Source: Clostridia bacterium (GTDB lineage Bacteria; Bacillota; Clostridia; UMGS1810). Taken from it: 64,000 nucleotides of DNA. Every line of letters begins with the position of its first letter. The first letter of the stretch is position 1. This document shows positions 1 through 10,126 of the stretch, piece by piece. The notes beneath the pieces are model-generated. The model saw only the letters and a program-made list of their open reading frames with translations. It was not told the DNA's origin and did not search any database. The translations under genes were made by a program, and so were the position numbers. The stretch covers positions 14,122 to 78,121 of the forward strand of contig JAZSOL010000041.1 in NCBI GenBank assembly GCA_045536915.1. Direction: 5' to 3'.

Positions 1-413
1 AAAAGGTCAGCTTTGGTAATGATTCATATGATTTCAGTTTTAGCGGAATCAAAACAGGTGTCATTAATTATTGTCACAATGTTGAGCAAAAAGGCGAAAA
101 AATCAATCCGGCAGATGTTGCAGCCGGATTTCAGAAAAGCGTGTGTGAAGTGATGGTGGATAATCTTTTATCTGCTGCTGATGCTAAAAACTGCAAAACC
201 GTTGCTCTTGCAGGAGGAGTAGCATGTAACACCCGTTTGAGAGATGAACTTAAAAAGAGAGCAAACGGATTTAAAGTATACTATCCATCACCGGTATTGT
301 GTACAGATAACGCTGCAATGATAGGGTGCAGTGCATATTATGAGATGTTATCAGGAAATTTTGCTGATATGTCGCTAAATGCAGTTCCTTATCTTTGTAT
401 AGATGAAAAATAA
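1..413 (+). CDS. tsaD: tRNA N6-adenosine threonylcarbamoyltransferase TsaD, C-terminal fragment (5' end lies outside the window)
   Basis: The frame is open from the window edge to TAA at 411-413. The translation (VALAGGVACNTRLRDEL...PVLCTDNAAMIG) matches the conserved Kae1/TsaD C-terminal segment. Confidence 0.85.
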   Translation, partial: KVSFGNDSYDFSFSGIKTGVINYCHNVEQKGEKINPADVAAGFQKSVCEVMVDNLLSAADAKNCKTVALAGGVACNTRLRDELKKRANGFKVYYPSPVLCTDNAAMIGCSAYYEMLSGNFADMSLNAVPYLCIDEK

Positions 414-433
414 TTTTTAGGAGGTTTCAGAAA

Positions 434-2290
434 ATGAAAAAAATATTTAAAAAAGCACTCGCTGTATGTACATCGGCAGCATTGTCGCTTACTGTGGGTA
501 TTACATCTTTTGCATCAACATTTCCCGATGTAACTGAAGAAAGCTATTCATGGGCATACGAAGCAGTGGAATCAATGGCAAAAAACAATATAATAAAGGG
601 TTATGAAGATGGAACGTTCGGCCCTGCCAAAACCGTAACAAAACTTGAATCTCTCGTTTTGATTTCCAGAATACTTGGGTTTGAAGATGCCGAAAATGAA
701 TCGCTCATAGATGCAGCATATATGATTTACGGCGAAACAATAAATTCATATGATCTTAATTTCGGAAGTGACGAAATAGTATATCTTCTGATAAAGGGTG
801 TGCTCGATGTTGATGAACTCGAGGACTATATAGGTGAAAACAATCGCTCGGAAGGTCTTAAAAGATATGAGGTTGCAGTGCTTCTTACCAAAGCGCTCGA
901 TGCTGAGTCCAAGCTTGATTCCAACACTGTTGCATCTTTGACATATCAGGATGTATCCGACATACCCGCAAGTGCAAAAAAACATGTTGCATACGTGAGT
1001 GAACAGGGACTTATGCAAGGGCTCGACGGGAATGTTTTTGACCCGAACGGTACAGTAACAAGAGCTCAGGCGGCTGTTGTGCTTTATAAGCTTCAGCAAA
1101 AAACAGGGTATCAGTTTAAATCCGGTATAGTGTCAACTATCGATCCGGTCACAAGAACATTTAAAATGAAAACCGATTCCGGTGATATAGTTGCCCATAG
1201 TCTCAATAGCGGAATTATCTACAGATACAACGGCGAAGCAATCACAATAAACGATATAGAAGTTGGTTATGAATGCGTTGCAACATATAAAGATGATAAT
1301 TTATATGCTATTGATTTTACTGATGCACAGGTTGATGAGGTTGTTTACGGTTCATATGCCGGTATGGCAAACTCAACATCAAAAAAAGCTGCAACAATAA
1401 GCATTTATCCTCTTTCTGAAACTGACACAGATATTTCTACCAAAAATAAAGATACATATACTGTAAGTGATAAATGTGTTATAACATATAATGATGCAAC
1501 ATGTTCATTATCAAGTCTTAAATCCGGATATTATGTAAAGCTTACTCTCGACAAAGGGGTTGTAACTTTTGTTGAAGCTCAGCCGAAAGAAACAAAAATA
1601 AGCGGAAGAATAAACGAAATTATTCTTGACCCGCTCTACAAGCTTGTTATTGAAGATAACGAAGGTGATGTAAATGAATATCTTGTTTCTTCTAAAGTTA
1701 CAGTTAAGAAAAACGGTAATTCATCTTCAGCCCGCGATCTTCTTACCGGAGACAGCGTAAACGTTGTTCTTAATTACGACAGAATTGTATCTGTGTCTGC
1801 AACAAGCAAAACAACAACACGAACCGGAATAATCAAAGAAGTAATTATATCTTCAACGCCAAGAATCACTGTGTCGCATGGTGATGAAGATGAAACATAT
1901 CAAATCACAAGCGATGCTGAAATAGATCTTAATGGTGCAGTAGGAACATTTTATGATCTCAGAGTTGGAAATGCCGTGACACTCAAGCTTGAAAGCGATA
2001 CAGTTGTTTCTTTGAAAACTTCTGCAACCAGCGGAGAAGTTGTTACATGGGAAGGTGTTGTAAAACTTGTTAATACATCATACGGACTCATACAGCTTGA
2101 ATTTGTTGATCCAAAAGTCGGCATAACCAGAAATGAATCCGTGTTTATTAAATCAAATGCGTCAATTGTTGATTACAAAACTCAAAAAAATAAAAAACTT
2201 TCAGATGTTAATATCGGATCTAAAGTAACCGTTACCGGTTCAATGGAATCGGGAGTGTTTGAGGCCGGAACTGTTGTTATAATCGGCTGA
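434..2290 (+). CDS. SLH-domain cell-wall-anchored protein with a signal peptide
   Basis: RBS aggagg lies upstream. The N-terminal signal is MKKIFKKALAVCTSAALSL. SLH-type motifs are present (FPDV..YSWAYEAVESMAKNNIIKGYEDGTF and YQDVSDIP...GLMQGLDGNVFDPNGTVTRAQAAVVLYKL). These are followed by about five beta-rich repeat modules of 65-75 aa. Confidence 0.8.
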   Translation: MKKIFKKALAVCTSAALSLTVGITSFASTFPDVTEESYSWAYEAVESMAKNNIIKGYEDGTFGPAKTVTKLESLVLISRILGFEDAENESLIDAAYMIYGETINSYDLNFGSDEIVYLLIKGVLDVDELEDYIGENNRSEGLKRYEVAVLLTKALDAESKLDSNTVASLTYQDVSDIPASAKKHVAYVSEQGLMQGLDGNVFDPNGTVTRAQAAVVLYKLQQKTGYQFKSGIVSTIDPVTRTFKMKTDSGDIVAHSLNSGIIYRYNGEAITINDIEVGYECVATYKDDNLYAIDFTDAQVDEVVYGSYAGMANSTSKKAATISIYPLSETDTDISTKNKDTYTVSDKCVITYNDATCSLSSLKSGYYVKLTLDKGVVTFVEAQPKETKISGRINEIILDPLYKLVIEDNEGDVNEYLVSSKVTVKKNGNSSSARDLLTGDSVNVVLNYDRIVSVSATSKTTTRTGIIKEVIISSTPRITVSHGDEDETYQITSDAEIDLNGAVGTFYDLRVGNAVTLKLESDTVVSLKTSATSGEVVTWEGVVKLVNTSYGLIQLEFVDPKVGITRNESVFIKSNASIVDYKTQKNKKLSDVNIGSKVTVTGSMESGVFEAGTVVIIG

Positions 2291-2304
2291 TTTAAATGAA
2301 AATA

Positions 2305-2343
2305 AAAACTGGCATCGCAATAGGTGTCAGTTTTTATTTTTTT
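2305..2343 (+). terminator. Rho-independent terminator after the SLH gene
   Basis: Stem aaaactggca / tgtcagtttt (one G-U pair) is followed by a T-run (tttttattttttt). Confidence 0.75.
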
Positions 2344-2364
2344 GAATTAAATTTCTTTTTATGC

Positions 2365-2394
2365 TTTACAAAATGCAGTATTGTGTGATATAAT
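2365..2394 (+). promoter_or_regulatory. Sigma-A type promoter with an extended -10, upstream of the dnaD-like gene
   Basis: TTTACA is followed by an 18-nt spacer and TGaTATAAT (TG at 2386-2387, TATAAT at 2389-2394). Confidence 0.55.
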
Positions 2395-2426
2395 TATATA
2401 TAAAATTATAATATTATGGAGGATGT

Positions 2427-3485
2427 ATGATGAATTGCGTTAAAATAGATTATTCACCGGAAATGTTTTTGGTTTCCAATAGTTTTGTTGATAAATATAT
2501 TAAAGATGCCAATCCGTCTTTTGTTAAACTATACATATATATTCTCCGTCATTCAAATAATCCGGGGCAGTTGATTCTTGAAAAAATTGCAGAAGATACA
2601 GGGCTTTTGCAATCAGATGTTATAGCCGGTATAAAATACTGGCAAAAATGCGGAGTTCTTTCGGCAAGAAAAGAAGATAAATGTGTTTTTATTGATGTAA
2701 CCCCATCAGAAAACAGTTCGGATAAAAAAACGGTTTTGAATGAAAATAAATCCGAACAGGATACCGGAAATGATGAACCAAAAGTAAAAGAAAAAAAATT
2801 CCCGAAAACATCTGCATCTTCGTCATATAAATCATCAGATGTTTTGGAAACGATTTCATCAGATAAAGAACTGAAGCACTTTTTTTCTTTAATACAACAA
2901 ATGCTCAACAAAAGTCTTACAGTGAATGATTATAAGATTATATATAGTTTCATAGACTATCTTAAATTGCCTGAAAGAGTTATTCTAACAATGTTTGAAC
3001 ACTGCATTTCAATTGGAAAAACATCTATGAGATATATAGAATCTGTGGCATATGCGTGGGCAGACAGAGGAATAACCGATGTTATAGAGGCTGAAAAATT
3101 TATTAATGAAGTAAGCGAAAAACAGGCAACTTTAAAAAAATTCAAACGCAAATTTAAAATATCGGGTAGAGATTTTACCGATATAGAATCCAACTATATT
3201 TTTGATTGGGTTTTTAATCTCGGTGCGTCTGACGAGATGATAATGCAGGCTTTTGAAAAAACCGTTATAAATACCGGGAAAATATCATTTTCGTATATTA
3301 ACGCAATACTTTATGACGAATCGAATCCACACAAAATATCGGATGAAGAAAAATCAAATGTCAAAAAAAGCAAATTCCGTAATTATCCGTCGTCTTATGG
3401 AATCAGCGATGACGAGAAAAAGATGATAGACAAAATGATGGCAGAATTTGACGGAGGAGATGATAATAATGGAGATAAAAAATGA
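2427..3485 (+). CDS. DnaD-domain replication initiation / membrane attachment protein (DnaB_2/DnaD family)
   Basis: The N-terminal winged-helix-like region and a C-terminal DnaD-type repeat (SMRYIESVAYAWADRGITDVIEAEKFI; ISFSYINAILYD) are present. The gene is directly coupled to a DnaI/DnaC-type ATPase gene. Confidence 0.75.
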   Translation: MMNCVKIDYSPEMFLVSNSFVDKYIKDANPSFVKLYIYILRHSNNPGQLILEKIAEDTGLLQSDVIAGIKYWQKCGVLSARKEDKCVFIDVTPSENSSDKKTVLNENKSEQDTGNDEPKVKEKKFPKTSASSSYKSSDVLETISSDKELKHFFSLIQQMLNKSLTVNDYKIIYSFIDYLKLPERVILTMFEHCISIGKTSMRYIESVAYAWADRGITDVIEAEKFINEVSEKQATLKKFKRKFKISGRDFTDIESNYIFDWVFNLGASDEMIMQAFEKTVINTGKISFSYINAILYDESNPHKISDEEKSNVKKSKFRNYPSSYGISDDEKKMIDKMMAEFDGGDDNNGDKK

Positions 3486-4467
3486 AATTCAGGCAAAAAT
3501 TGAAAATGAATATTTGCGATTGCGTGAATTGAACAATTCAAAAAAAGAACACGAAAAATCATTGTTATATATGCAACTTCCGAGAGTGGAGGAAATTGAC
3601 CGTGAAATTTCATTGCTTGCCATCAGAAGTGCCGAACGTGTTCTTAAGGAAAACATTTCACCAGAACATGCAACAGCTCAGATGAAAGAGCAGGCAGAGG
3701 CGCTGAGAAAAGAGCGACGTACTCTTATGGCAGAAAACGGAATTGAAGAATTTGTCCCCGGGTATAATTGCCCTAAGTGTTGTGACACAGGTTATACAGA
3801 AGGTGGAAGGTGTGTGTGCTATATTCAGAAACTTCAAAGCTTCCTGAAAATGCCGGGCGACAGAAATGTATCTGATTTTGAATATATTAAGGAAGCAAAG
3901 TTTGAAAACTTTAATTTGAATTACTACGAAAAAGAAATTGATCCGGATTTAGGTCGCTCTCCTTATGATGTGATGAAAGTAACACTTGCAAACTGTCTTA
4001 AATACTGCGCCGAATTTGAACCGGGCAAATCGGGTAATCTGCTTTTGTTTGGACCATCCGGCCTCGGAAAAACATTTATGTCCGGATGTATTGCAAACAA
4101 GGTCAGCCAAAGAGGTTATTTTGTAATGTATAAATCATCGTATAAACTTTTTCAATTTTTGGAAGATTACAAATTCGGAAAAGCCAACAGAGAAGAATAC
4201 AGTGCTGTGTATAATGCTGTTTATGATTGTGACTTGCTGATAATCGATGATTTCGGAACAGAATTTATTACTTCATACACGCAATCGGTGTTTTTTGATT
4301 TGCTAAACTCCCGTTTGCTTGAAGGCAAAAGCACTGTAATCAGCACTAATCTGCAAATTGCAAAACTTGAAGATATATATCAGGAAAGAGTTATGTCGAG
4401 GCTGAGAAACGAATTTAAAGCGCTCAGATTTGTTGGTTCGGATGTGAGAGCATTAAAAAATAATTGA
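3469..4467 (+). CDS. Helicase-loader ATPase, DnaI/DnaC (IstB-like AAA+) family
   Basis: Walker A is GPSGLGKTFM and Walker B is LLIIDDFGTE, with an N-terminal Cys cluster (CPKCCDTGY..GRCVC). The preferred start is ATG 3469, about 10 nt after GGAGGA; the ORF is open from 3448. Confidence 0.8.
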   Translation: MEIKNEIQAKIENEYLRLRELNNSKKEHEKSLLYMQLPRVEEIDREISLLAIRSAERVLKENISPEHATAQMKEQAEALRKERRTLMAENGIEEFVPGYNCPKCCDTGYTEGGRCVCYIQKLQSFLKMPGDRNVSDFEYIKEAKFENFNLNYYEKEIDPDLGRSPYDVMKVTLANCLKYCAEFEPGKSGNLLLFGPSGLGKTFMSGCIANKVSQRGYFVMYKSSYKLFQFLEDYKFGKANREEYSAVYNAVYDCDLLIIDDFGTEFITSYTQSVFFDLLNSRLLEGKSTVISTNLQIAKLEDIYQERVMSRLRNEFKALRFVGSDVRALKNN

Positions 4468-4482
4468 TTGGAGACACTTGAA

Positions 4483-5349
4483 ATGTTATTGGCAGATGAA
4501 TGGAAAGACTATAATCTTATAGATGCATCAGACGGAGAGAAACTTGAACGTTGGGGAGAATATATACTTGTGCGTCCTGACCCTCAGGCTATTTGGTCGC
4601 ATAGAACCGAGAAAGAAATGTGGAATAACTTCCATGCTCACTATCATCGGAGTAAATCCGGAGGCGGAGCGTGGGAATACAGCAAGAAGCTTCCTGATGC
4701 ATGGCAGATAAAATATAAAACTCTTGTTTTTAACGTTAAGCCTATGGGCTTTAAACACACGGGTATTTTCCCGGAGCAAGCCGTAAACTGGGATTTTATG
4801 ATGGATAAGATAGCAGGTGCATCACGATCTGTAAATGTTCTTAATTTATTTGCATATACAGGCGGTGCAACCGTAGCGTGTGCCCGGGCGGGCGCAAAAG
4901 TGGTTCATGTTGATGCAGCAAAAGGAATGGTAAACTGGGCAAAAGAAAATGCAGCATCTTCAGGCCTTAAGGATGCGCCTATCCGTTATATCGTTGACGA
5001 TTGCGTCAAGTTTGCCGAACGTGAAATCCGCAGAGGAAATAAATATGATGCAATAATAATGGATCCGCCAACATACGGAAGGGGACCCAAAGGGGAACTT
5101 TGGAGATTTGAAGATGAATTGTTTCCGCTTGTGAAAAAATGTTGTGAGCTTTTAAGTGATAATCCGCTGTTTTTCATTGTGAATTCATACACAACAGGTA
5201 TTTCGCATACAGTTGTATCCAATGTTTTGCATTACCTTGTGAAAAACAGATTTGGCGGAAATATCATTTCTGATGAACTCGGCTTAAAAATGACTTCTAA
5301 TTCTCTTCCATTACCGTGCGGATACACCACACGATGGTTCAGTGAATAA
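4483..5349 (+). CDS. Class I SAM-dependent (rRNA large-subunit-type, RlmI/RlmK-like) methyltransferase
   Basis: SAM-binding motif is LNLFAYTGGATVA and the catalytic-type motif is IIMDPPTYGRG. ATG 4483 follows GGAGA by 8 nt; the ORF is open from 4468. Confidence 0.75.
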   Translation: MLLADEWKDYNLIDASDGEKLERWGEYILVRPDPQAIWSHRTEKEMWNNFHAHYHRSKSGGGAWEYSKKLPDAWQIKYKTLVFNVKPMGFKHTGIFPEQAVNWDFMMDKIAGASRSVNVLNLFAYTGGATVACARAGAKVVHVDAAKGMVNWAKENAASSGLKDAPIRYIVDDCVKFAEREIRRGNKYDAIIMDPPTYGRGPKGELWRFEDELFPLVKKCCELLSDNPLFFIVNSYTTGISHTVVSNVLHYLVKNRFGGNIISDELGLKMTSNSLPLPCGYTTRWFSE

Positions 5350-5367
5350 ATTCTGGGGGCGTTTGGC

Positions 5368-6201
5368 TTGATAAAAGCAATAAATTTAACATATAATTAC
5401 AGCAATGAATCGAACGATAAATTTGATGTGCTAAAAAATATAAATCTTACAGTTCAAAAAGGTGAATTCGTTGCTGTTTTAGGGCATAACGGTTCGGGTA
5501 AATCAACACTTGCAAAGCATTTAAATGCAATATTACTTCCAACGGAAGGGTGCGTAGAGGTTGATTCTATGCTGACGAGTGATGAAACAAAACTATGGGA
5601 TATACGTCGCAGAGTCGGAATGGTTTTTCAAAATCCGGATAACCAGATTGTGGCTTCCATAATCGAAGAAGACGTTGCATTTGCGCCTGAAAATTTAGGT
5701 GTTCCTCCTGAAGAAATCAGAAAGAGGGTGGATGCGGCACTTGAAACAGTTGGAATGTCTGAATACAGGCATCATTCCCCAAATAAACTTTCAGGCGGAC
5801 AAAAACAAAGAGTGGCAATTGCCGGTGTTATTGCTATGCAACCTGATGTTATTGTTATGGATGAACCAACTGCAATGCTTGATCCTATTGGCAGGCGTGA
5901 AGTAATGGAGACAATAGAAAAATTGAATTCAGATTATAATATGACTATTATTCTGATAACTCACAATATGGATGAAGCGGTTAAGGCGAAAAGAGTTGTT
6001 GTGGTTGATTCCGGAAAAATTCTGATGGATGATGTACCAAGAAAAGTATTCAGCAATGTTGACTTGCTTAAATCTGTTGGGCTTGATGTTCCGCAGGTTA
6101 CCATGCTTGCATACGAACTCAGAAAAGCCGGATTTAATATCAGAGACGATGTTCTTACTGTTGATGAATGCACTGAGGAGATATTCAAATTATGTCGATA
6201 A
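5368..6201 (+). CDS. ecfA1: Energy-coupling factor transporter ATPase EcfA1
   Basis: Walker A is GHNGSGKST, the signature is [13 protein letters not shown] and Walker B is [11 protein letters not shown]. The order ecfA-ecfA'-ecfT-truA is conserved in Firmicutes. Confidence 0.9.
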   Translation: MIKAINLTYNYSNESNDKFDVLKNINLTVQKGEFVAVLGHNGSGKSTLAKHLNAILLPTEGCVEVDSMLTSDETKLWDIRRRVGMVFQNPDNQIVASIIEEDVAFAPENLGVPPEEIRKRVDAALETVGMSEYRHHSPNKLSGGQKQRVAIAGVIAMQPDVIVMDEPTAMLDPIGRREVMETIEKLNSDYNMTIILITHNMDEAVKAKRVVVVDSGKILMDDVPRKVFSNVDLLKSVGLDVPQVTMLAYELRKAGFNIRDDVLTVDECTEEIFKLCR

Positions 6202-7055
6202 CCTATGAAAATGTTAACTATACTTACGGTAAAGGAACTCCTTTTGAGAAAAAAGCTTTAGATAATATATCATTCACGATAGAAGACGGTGAATTTGTTG
6301 GTTTGATAGGACATACCGGCTCCGGAAAATCAACTTTAATTCAGCTTATGAATGGATTACTTCGCCCCGAAAGTGGCAGAATCATTATAAATGATCAGAT
6401 TATTACCGAATCTAAAATTGACACAATAAAATTAAGAAGCACTGTGGGGATTGTTTTTCAATATCCTGAATATCAGCTTTTCGAAGAAACTGTCAGACGT
6501 GATATAGCTTACGGACCTCTGAACCTTGGTATGAAACAGGATGAAATTGATGATGTTATTTCAGAAGTTATAAAAAGTGTGGGTTTGGATGAAGATATTC
6601 TTGATAAATCTCCGTTTGAACTTTCCGGAGGGCAAAAACGCCGTGTTGCAATTGCCGGTGTTCTTGCTATGAAACCTAAAATACTTATACTTGATGAGCC
6701 AACGGCCGGACTTGATCCGGCAGGGAGAAATGATATTCTGAGATGTATAAGTAATCTTCACGAAAAGCACAATATAACCGTTATTCTTGTTTCTCACAGC
6801 ATGGAGGATATAGCTAACAACGTTCAGAGGATATTAATACTCTCAGATGCTAACCTGATTGCATTTGATACGGTTGCCAACGTTTTCAAAAATTCTTATG
6901 AACTGAAAAAAATCGGATTAAACGTACCTCAAGTCACAAGAGTTGCGAATCATCTTAAGGAGAAAGGGATTTTCCTCGAAGGTGATTTATACACTGTTGA
7001 GGCAATGGTAAAAGCCGTTTGCAATTATATTAAAGGAGAAAAAAATGCTGAATGA
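6192..7055 (+). CDS. ecfA2: Energy-coupling factor transporter ATPase EcfA2
   Basis: Motifs are [22 protein letters not shown] and [11 protein letters not shown]. It overlaps ecfA1 by 10 nt. Confidence 0.9.
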   Translation: MSITYENVNYTYGKGTPFEKKALDNISFTIEDGEFVGLIGHTGSGKSTLIQLMNGLLRPESGRIIINDQIITESKIDTIKLRSTVGIVFQYPEYQLFEETVRRDIAYGPLNLGMKQDEIDDVISEVIKSVGLDEDILDKSPFELSGGQKRRVAIAGVLAMKPKILILDEPTAGLDPAGRNDILRCISNLHEKHNITVILVSHSMEDIANNVQRILILSDANLIAFDTVANVFKNSYELKKIGLNVPQVTRVANHLKEKGIFLEGDLYTVEAMVKAVCNYIKGEKNAE

Positions 7056-7845
7056 TATAACTCTGGGTCAATATTTTCCGCTTGATTCTTCAATACATCG
7101 TCTGGATCCGAGAACAAAAATACTTTCAACACTTTTATATATTATTCTGGTATTCTTTGCTGACTCAGCTATAGGATATGCCGGTGTTGCAATTTTTTGT
7201 TTTGGTATTATCCGCGCTTCGAAGATTCATTTCAAGACAGTTTTGAAATCGATCAGACCGTTGATATTTATCATACTGTTTACTGCCGTTATCAATATAT
7301 TTTTTACAGCGGATGATAATATTATATGGCAGTACAAATTCATAAAGATATCTATGCTCGGAATAAATAACGCAATTAATATGGCATTAAGACTTGTTTT
7401 TCTTGTTATGGGAAGCTCGCTTCTGACATATACTACATCGCCTATTTTACTCACAGACGGCATCGAAAAACTTCTTAATCCATTTTCAAAAATCGGTCTT
7501 CCGGCTCATGAACTTGCAATGATGATGACTATTGCACTCAGATTTATTCCAACACTTATTGAGGAAACCGAAAAAATAATGATGGCTCAAAAAGCCAGGT
7601 GTGCAGATTTTGAAAGCGGAAATATAATATCAAGAGCGAAATCTATGGTTCCGATACTCATACCGCTTTTTATAAATTCTTTCAGACGTGCTGATGAACT
7701 TGCCACGGCTATGGAATGCCGTTGCTACAGAGGCGGTAATAATCGGACACGATTGAGAGAACTGAAATATACCGGAATTGATTTTAATGCGGCAATAATT
7801 ATGATTATGTTCAGTGCTTTTATTGTTGCATCGAATATTTTTTGA
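7045..7845 (+). CDS. ecfT: Energy-coupling factor transporter transmembrane subunit EcfT
   Basis: This is a polytopic membrane protein with the conserved EcfT coupling helices (ALRFIPTLIEE...RRADELATAMECRCY). Confidence 0.9.
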   Translation: MLNDITLGQYFPLDSSIHRLDPRTKILSTLLYIILVFFADSAIGYAGVAIFCFGIIRASKIHFKTVLKSIRPLIFIILFTAVINIFFTADDNIIWQYKFIKISMLGINNAINMALRLVFLVMGSSLLTYTTSPILLTDGIEKLLNPFSKIGLPAHELAMMMTIALRFIPTLIEETEKIMMAQKARCADFESGNIISRAKSMVPILIPLFINSFRRADELATAMECRCYRGGNNRTRLRELKYTGIDFNAAIIMIMFSAFIVASNIF

Positions 7846-7862
7846 TTGTTAAGGATGAGCAT

Positions 7863-8597
7863 ATGAGAAACATTAAATTGATTTTGCAGTATGACGGTAC
7901 CAATTATCACGGTTTTCAGATTCAGCCTGAAGTTCTTACTATACAGGGGGTATTGCAGGAAACCGCATCAGCGCTGTTTGGGGAAGAAGTTAAGGTGTAT
8001 GGTTGCAGCCGGACCGATGCCGGTGTGCATGCTATAAAATATTGCGCAGGATTTAGTGTGAATAATCCTATTCCCGCAGATAAAATTGCGCTTGTTTTAA
8101 ACAATAAACTGCCTGATGATATAAGAATAATATCGTCAGAACAAGCTGATGAAGATTTTCACCCAAGATTTTCAACCGTTTCAAAAACTTATCAATATAC
8201 TGTAAATACGGATTGTAACGCAGGTGTTTTCACAAGGTGCTACGAGTGGCAGCTGAAAAAACCACTTGATATAAAATTGATGAAACAAGCGGCAGAGTAT
8301 ATAGTGGGAACTCATGATTTCCGTTCGTTTATGACATCCGGTGCGGAAATGGAAACTACCGTCAGAACGGTGAACTTTGTTGAAATCAATCAAAATCTCC
8401 CATATGTTAAAATATTGATAAATGCCGATGGATATCTGTATAACATGGTCAGAATCATTACCGGAACTCTTGTTGCAGTTGGTCTTGGCAGAATTAAACC
8501 GGATAGTGTTAAAGATATTATTTGCAAAAAGGATCGTAATTTTGCGGGTCCCACTGCACCGCCGCAAGGGTTGGCACTATATGAGATATACTATTAA
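7863..8597 (+). CDS. truA: tRNA pseudouridine(38-40) synthase TruA
   Basis: MRNIKLILQYDGTNYHGFQIQ and the catalytic GCSRTDAGVHA motif are present. ATG 7863 follows AGGA by 7 nt; the ORF is open from 7842. Confidence 0.9.
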   Translation: MRNIKLILQYDGTNYHGFQIQPEVLTIQGVLQETASALFGEEVKVYGCSRTDAGVHAIKYCAGFSVNNPIPADKIALVLNNKLPDDIRIISSEQADEDFHPRFSTVSKTYQYTVNTDCNAGVFTRCYEWQLKKPLDIKLMKQAAEYIVGTHDFRSFMTSGAEMETTVRTVNFVEINQNLPYVKILINADGYLYNMVRIITGTLVAVGLGRIKPDSVKDIICKKDRNFAGPTAPPQGLALYEIYY

Positions 8598-8611
8598 AAG
8601 GAGTGACAGAA

Positions 8612-10099
8612 TTGTCAGATAAAGAAAAAAAACCTCTTGAAGAAATAACAGACACTGAAATTGCTAATGATGAAAATGCGGTTGAACTTTCTGATAATGC
8701 GTGCCAAACCGATGCTGATAATTCGTTGCCGTTGTCGGAAGAAACCGGCATTGAAGACGAATCAACATCAGAAAAAGAAGTTTATGAAGATGAATTCAGC
8801 GATGATGAATTTGAAGATGATGAATTTATTGTTGATGATTCGGCGGAACAAGAAAAATCGAACACAAACGAAACCGATTTTCAAACAGAAGAAGTAAATG
8901 ATAATCATAAAAATATTGATGAATATAAATCAGATACAAAAGAAAAAAACAATATTATATATTTGATTGCTGTTGCTTTATTAAAAATACATAATACAGA
9001 TAGAAAGAAGCTTGTTAAAACTCTTAGTATCTGGGGTTGTGTTTTACTTTTGATTATATTTATCCTTACGGATATAATACCTGTTTTACCAAATTCATAT
9101 CATCGTAGATATGTGGGCAATCGATACACTCTTGGTGAAACACGGAACTGCGATTACGATAAGTTTGGTGAAAATGTTCTCTATATCGGTGGCGGGGCAA
9201 TGTGTGTGTTTGGTCCTGATATGAATCTTGAATACAGAAAAGAAATTCATACCGGTTTGCCTGTTGTTTCAACAAATTCCAACACCGCTATTGTGTATTT
9301 TAAAAACAGCAGTGAATATGTTGTGGCAAATAAGGGCGATGTGAAAGAACACAGTATCGACGGAAATATATGTTCTGCATATATTTCACCGGACGGTTTT
9401 CATTCTGTAGCAACAAACACTATTGCCGGACACAACGCAAGTGTTAAAGTTTACTCACCTGAAGGTGATTCCATTTATGAATGGTTTACCAATTATAATG
9501 TATTGGATTGCGTTGTTTCGTTTTCGGGAACCAACATGGTTGCATCTGTTGTAGAAGTTGGTGAGAATAGTGTGTCTGCAAAACTGGTCTTTTTTGATTT
9601 AACGAAATCTGAACCTGTTTCTGAAGTGGTTTTGGAGGATGAAATAATTTTCGAACTTTATTCAACTGAGCGAGGTAAAATTATTGCTGTTGGTGAAAAT
9701 GAAACTATTGCATATACTTTAAACGGAAAGAAAATATGGCAAATAGATTATAACGAAAAAAATCTTAAAACTTATGATATAAGTGATGATGGTATGCTTG
9801 CGCTTGTTTTTGACCGCTATACATCGACGCAAAGTGAATCGTTGCTTGAGGTGTATGATTTTAATGGCAAACTCAACGGCACGCATATAAGTGAAAAAAA
9901 CATAAGAAGAGTAAGTGTTAACAACTCACATGCACTTTTGACCGTTGAAGGCGGAACAGTTCTTCTCAACAACCGGTGCAGAGTCAAGGAAGTTAAAGAA
10001 ATAAATGTGAATTTCGACCGTGCAATTTTGTTTGATAACTATAACTTCGGATTTATAATCCACGACGGAGTGTCGGAAATAGTTTCCGTGTGTCATTAA
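8612..10099 (+). CDS. Hypothetical membrane-anchored protein: highly acidic N-terminus, one TM segment, beta-rich C-terminal domain
   Basis: The first ~110 aa are D/E-rich (DDEFEDDEF repeat). The TM segment is LSIWGCVLLLIIFILTDIIPVL. About 330 aa follow with a repeated beta-strand-like periodicity. The likely start is TTG 8612, 8 nt after AAGGAG; the ORF is open from 8603. Confidence 0.6.
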   Translation: MSDKEKKPLEEITDTEIANDENAVELSDNACQTDADNSLPLSEETGIEDESTSEKEVYEDEFSDDEFEDDEFIVDDSAEQEKSNTNETDFQTEEVNDNHKNIDEYKSDTKEKNNIIYLIAVALLKIHNTDRKKLVKTLSIWGCVLLLIIFILTDIIPVLPNSYHRRYVGNRYTLGETRNCDYDKFGENVLYIGGGAMCVFGPDMNLEYRKEIHTGLPVVSTNSNTAIVYFKNSSEYVVANKGDVKEHSIDGNICSAYISPDGFHSVATNTIAGHNASVKVYSPEGDSIYEWFTNYNVLDCVVSFSGTNMVASVVEVGENSVSAKLVFFDLTKSEPVSEVVLEDEIIFELYSTERGKIIAVGENETIAYTLNGKKIWQIDYNEKNLKTYDISDDGMLALVFDRYTSTQSESLLEVYDFNGKLNGTHISEKNIRRVSVNNSHALLTVEGGTVLLNNRCRVKEVKEINVNFDRAILFDNYNFGFIIHDGVSEIVSVCH

Positions 10100-10126
10100 T
10101 CCAACTGTTTGAAATGTGGTGAAAAA

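Noticed and set aside
746-1099. Numerous antisense or shadow ORFs of 60-190 aa in the track. Examples are 746..1099 -, 11907..12476 -, 21407..21859 +, 28144..28692 -, 29430..29840 -, 41273..41809 +, 48721..49170 +, 54683..55105 +, 60112..60561 - and 63355..63771 -.
   Set aside because: Each lies entirely inside, and opposite to or out of frame with, a gene that has clear family motifs. Their translations are low-complexity or compositionally odd, they lack an RBS, and they are expected by chance in AT-rich DNA.
2427-4467. The DnaD-domain plus DnaI/DnaC-like pair as a prophage replication module.
   Set aside because: There are no other phage genes around it. It is embedded between wall-protein and ECF/truA housekeeping genes, and Clostridia use such a pair as the chromosomal helicase loader.
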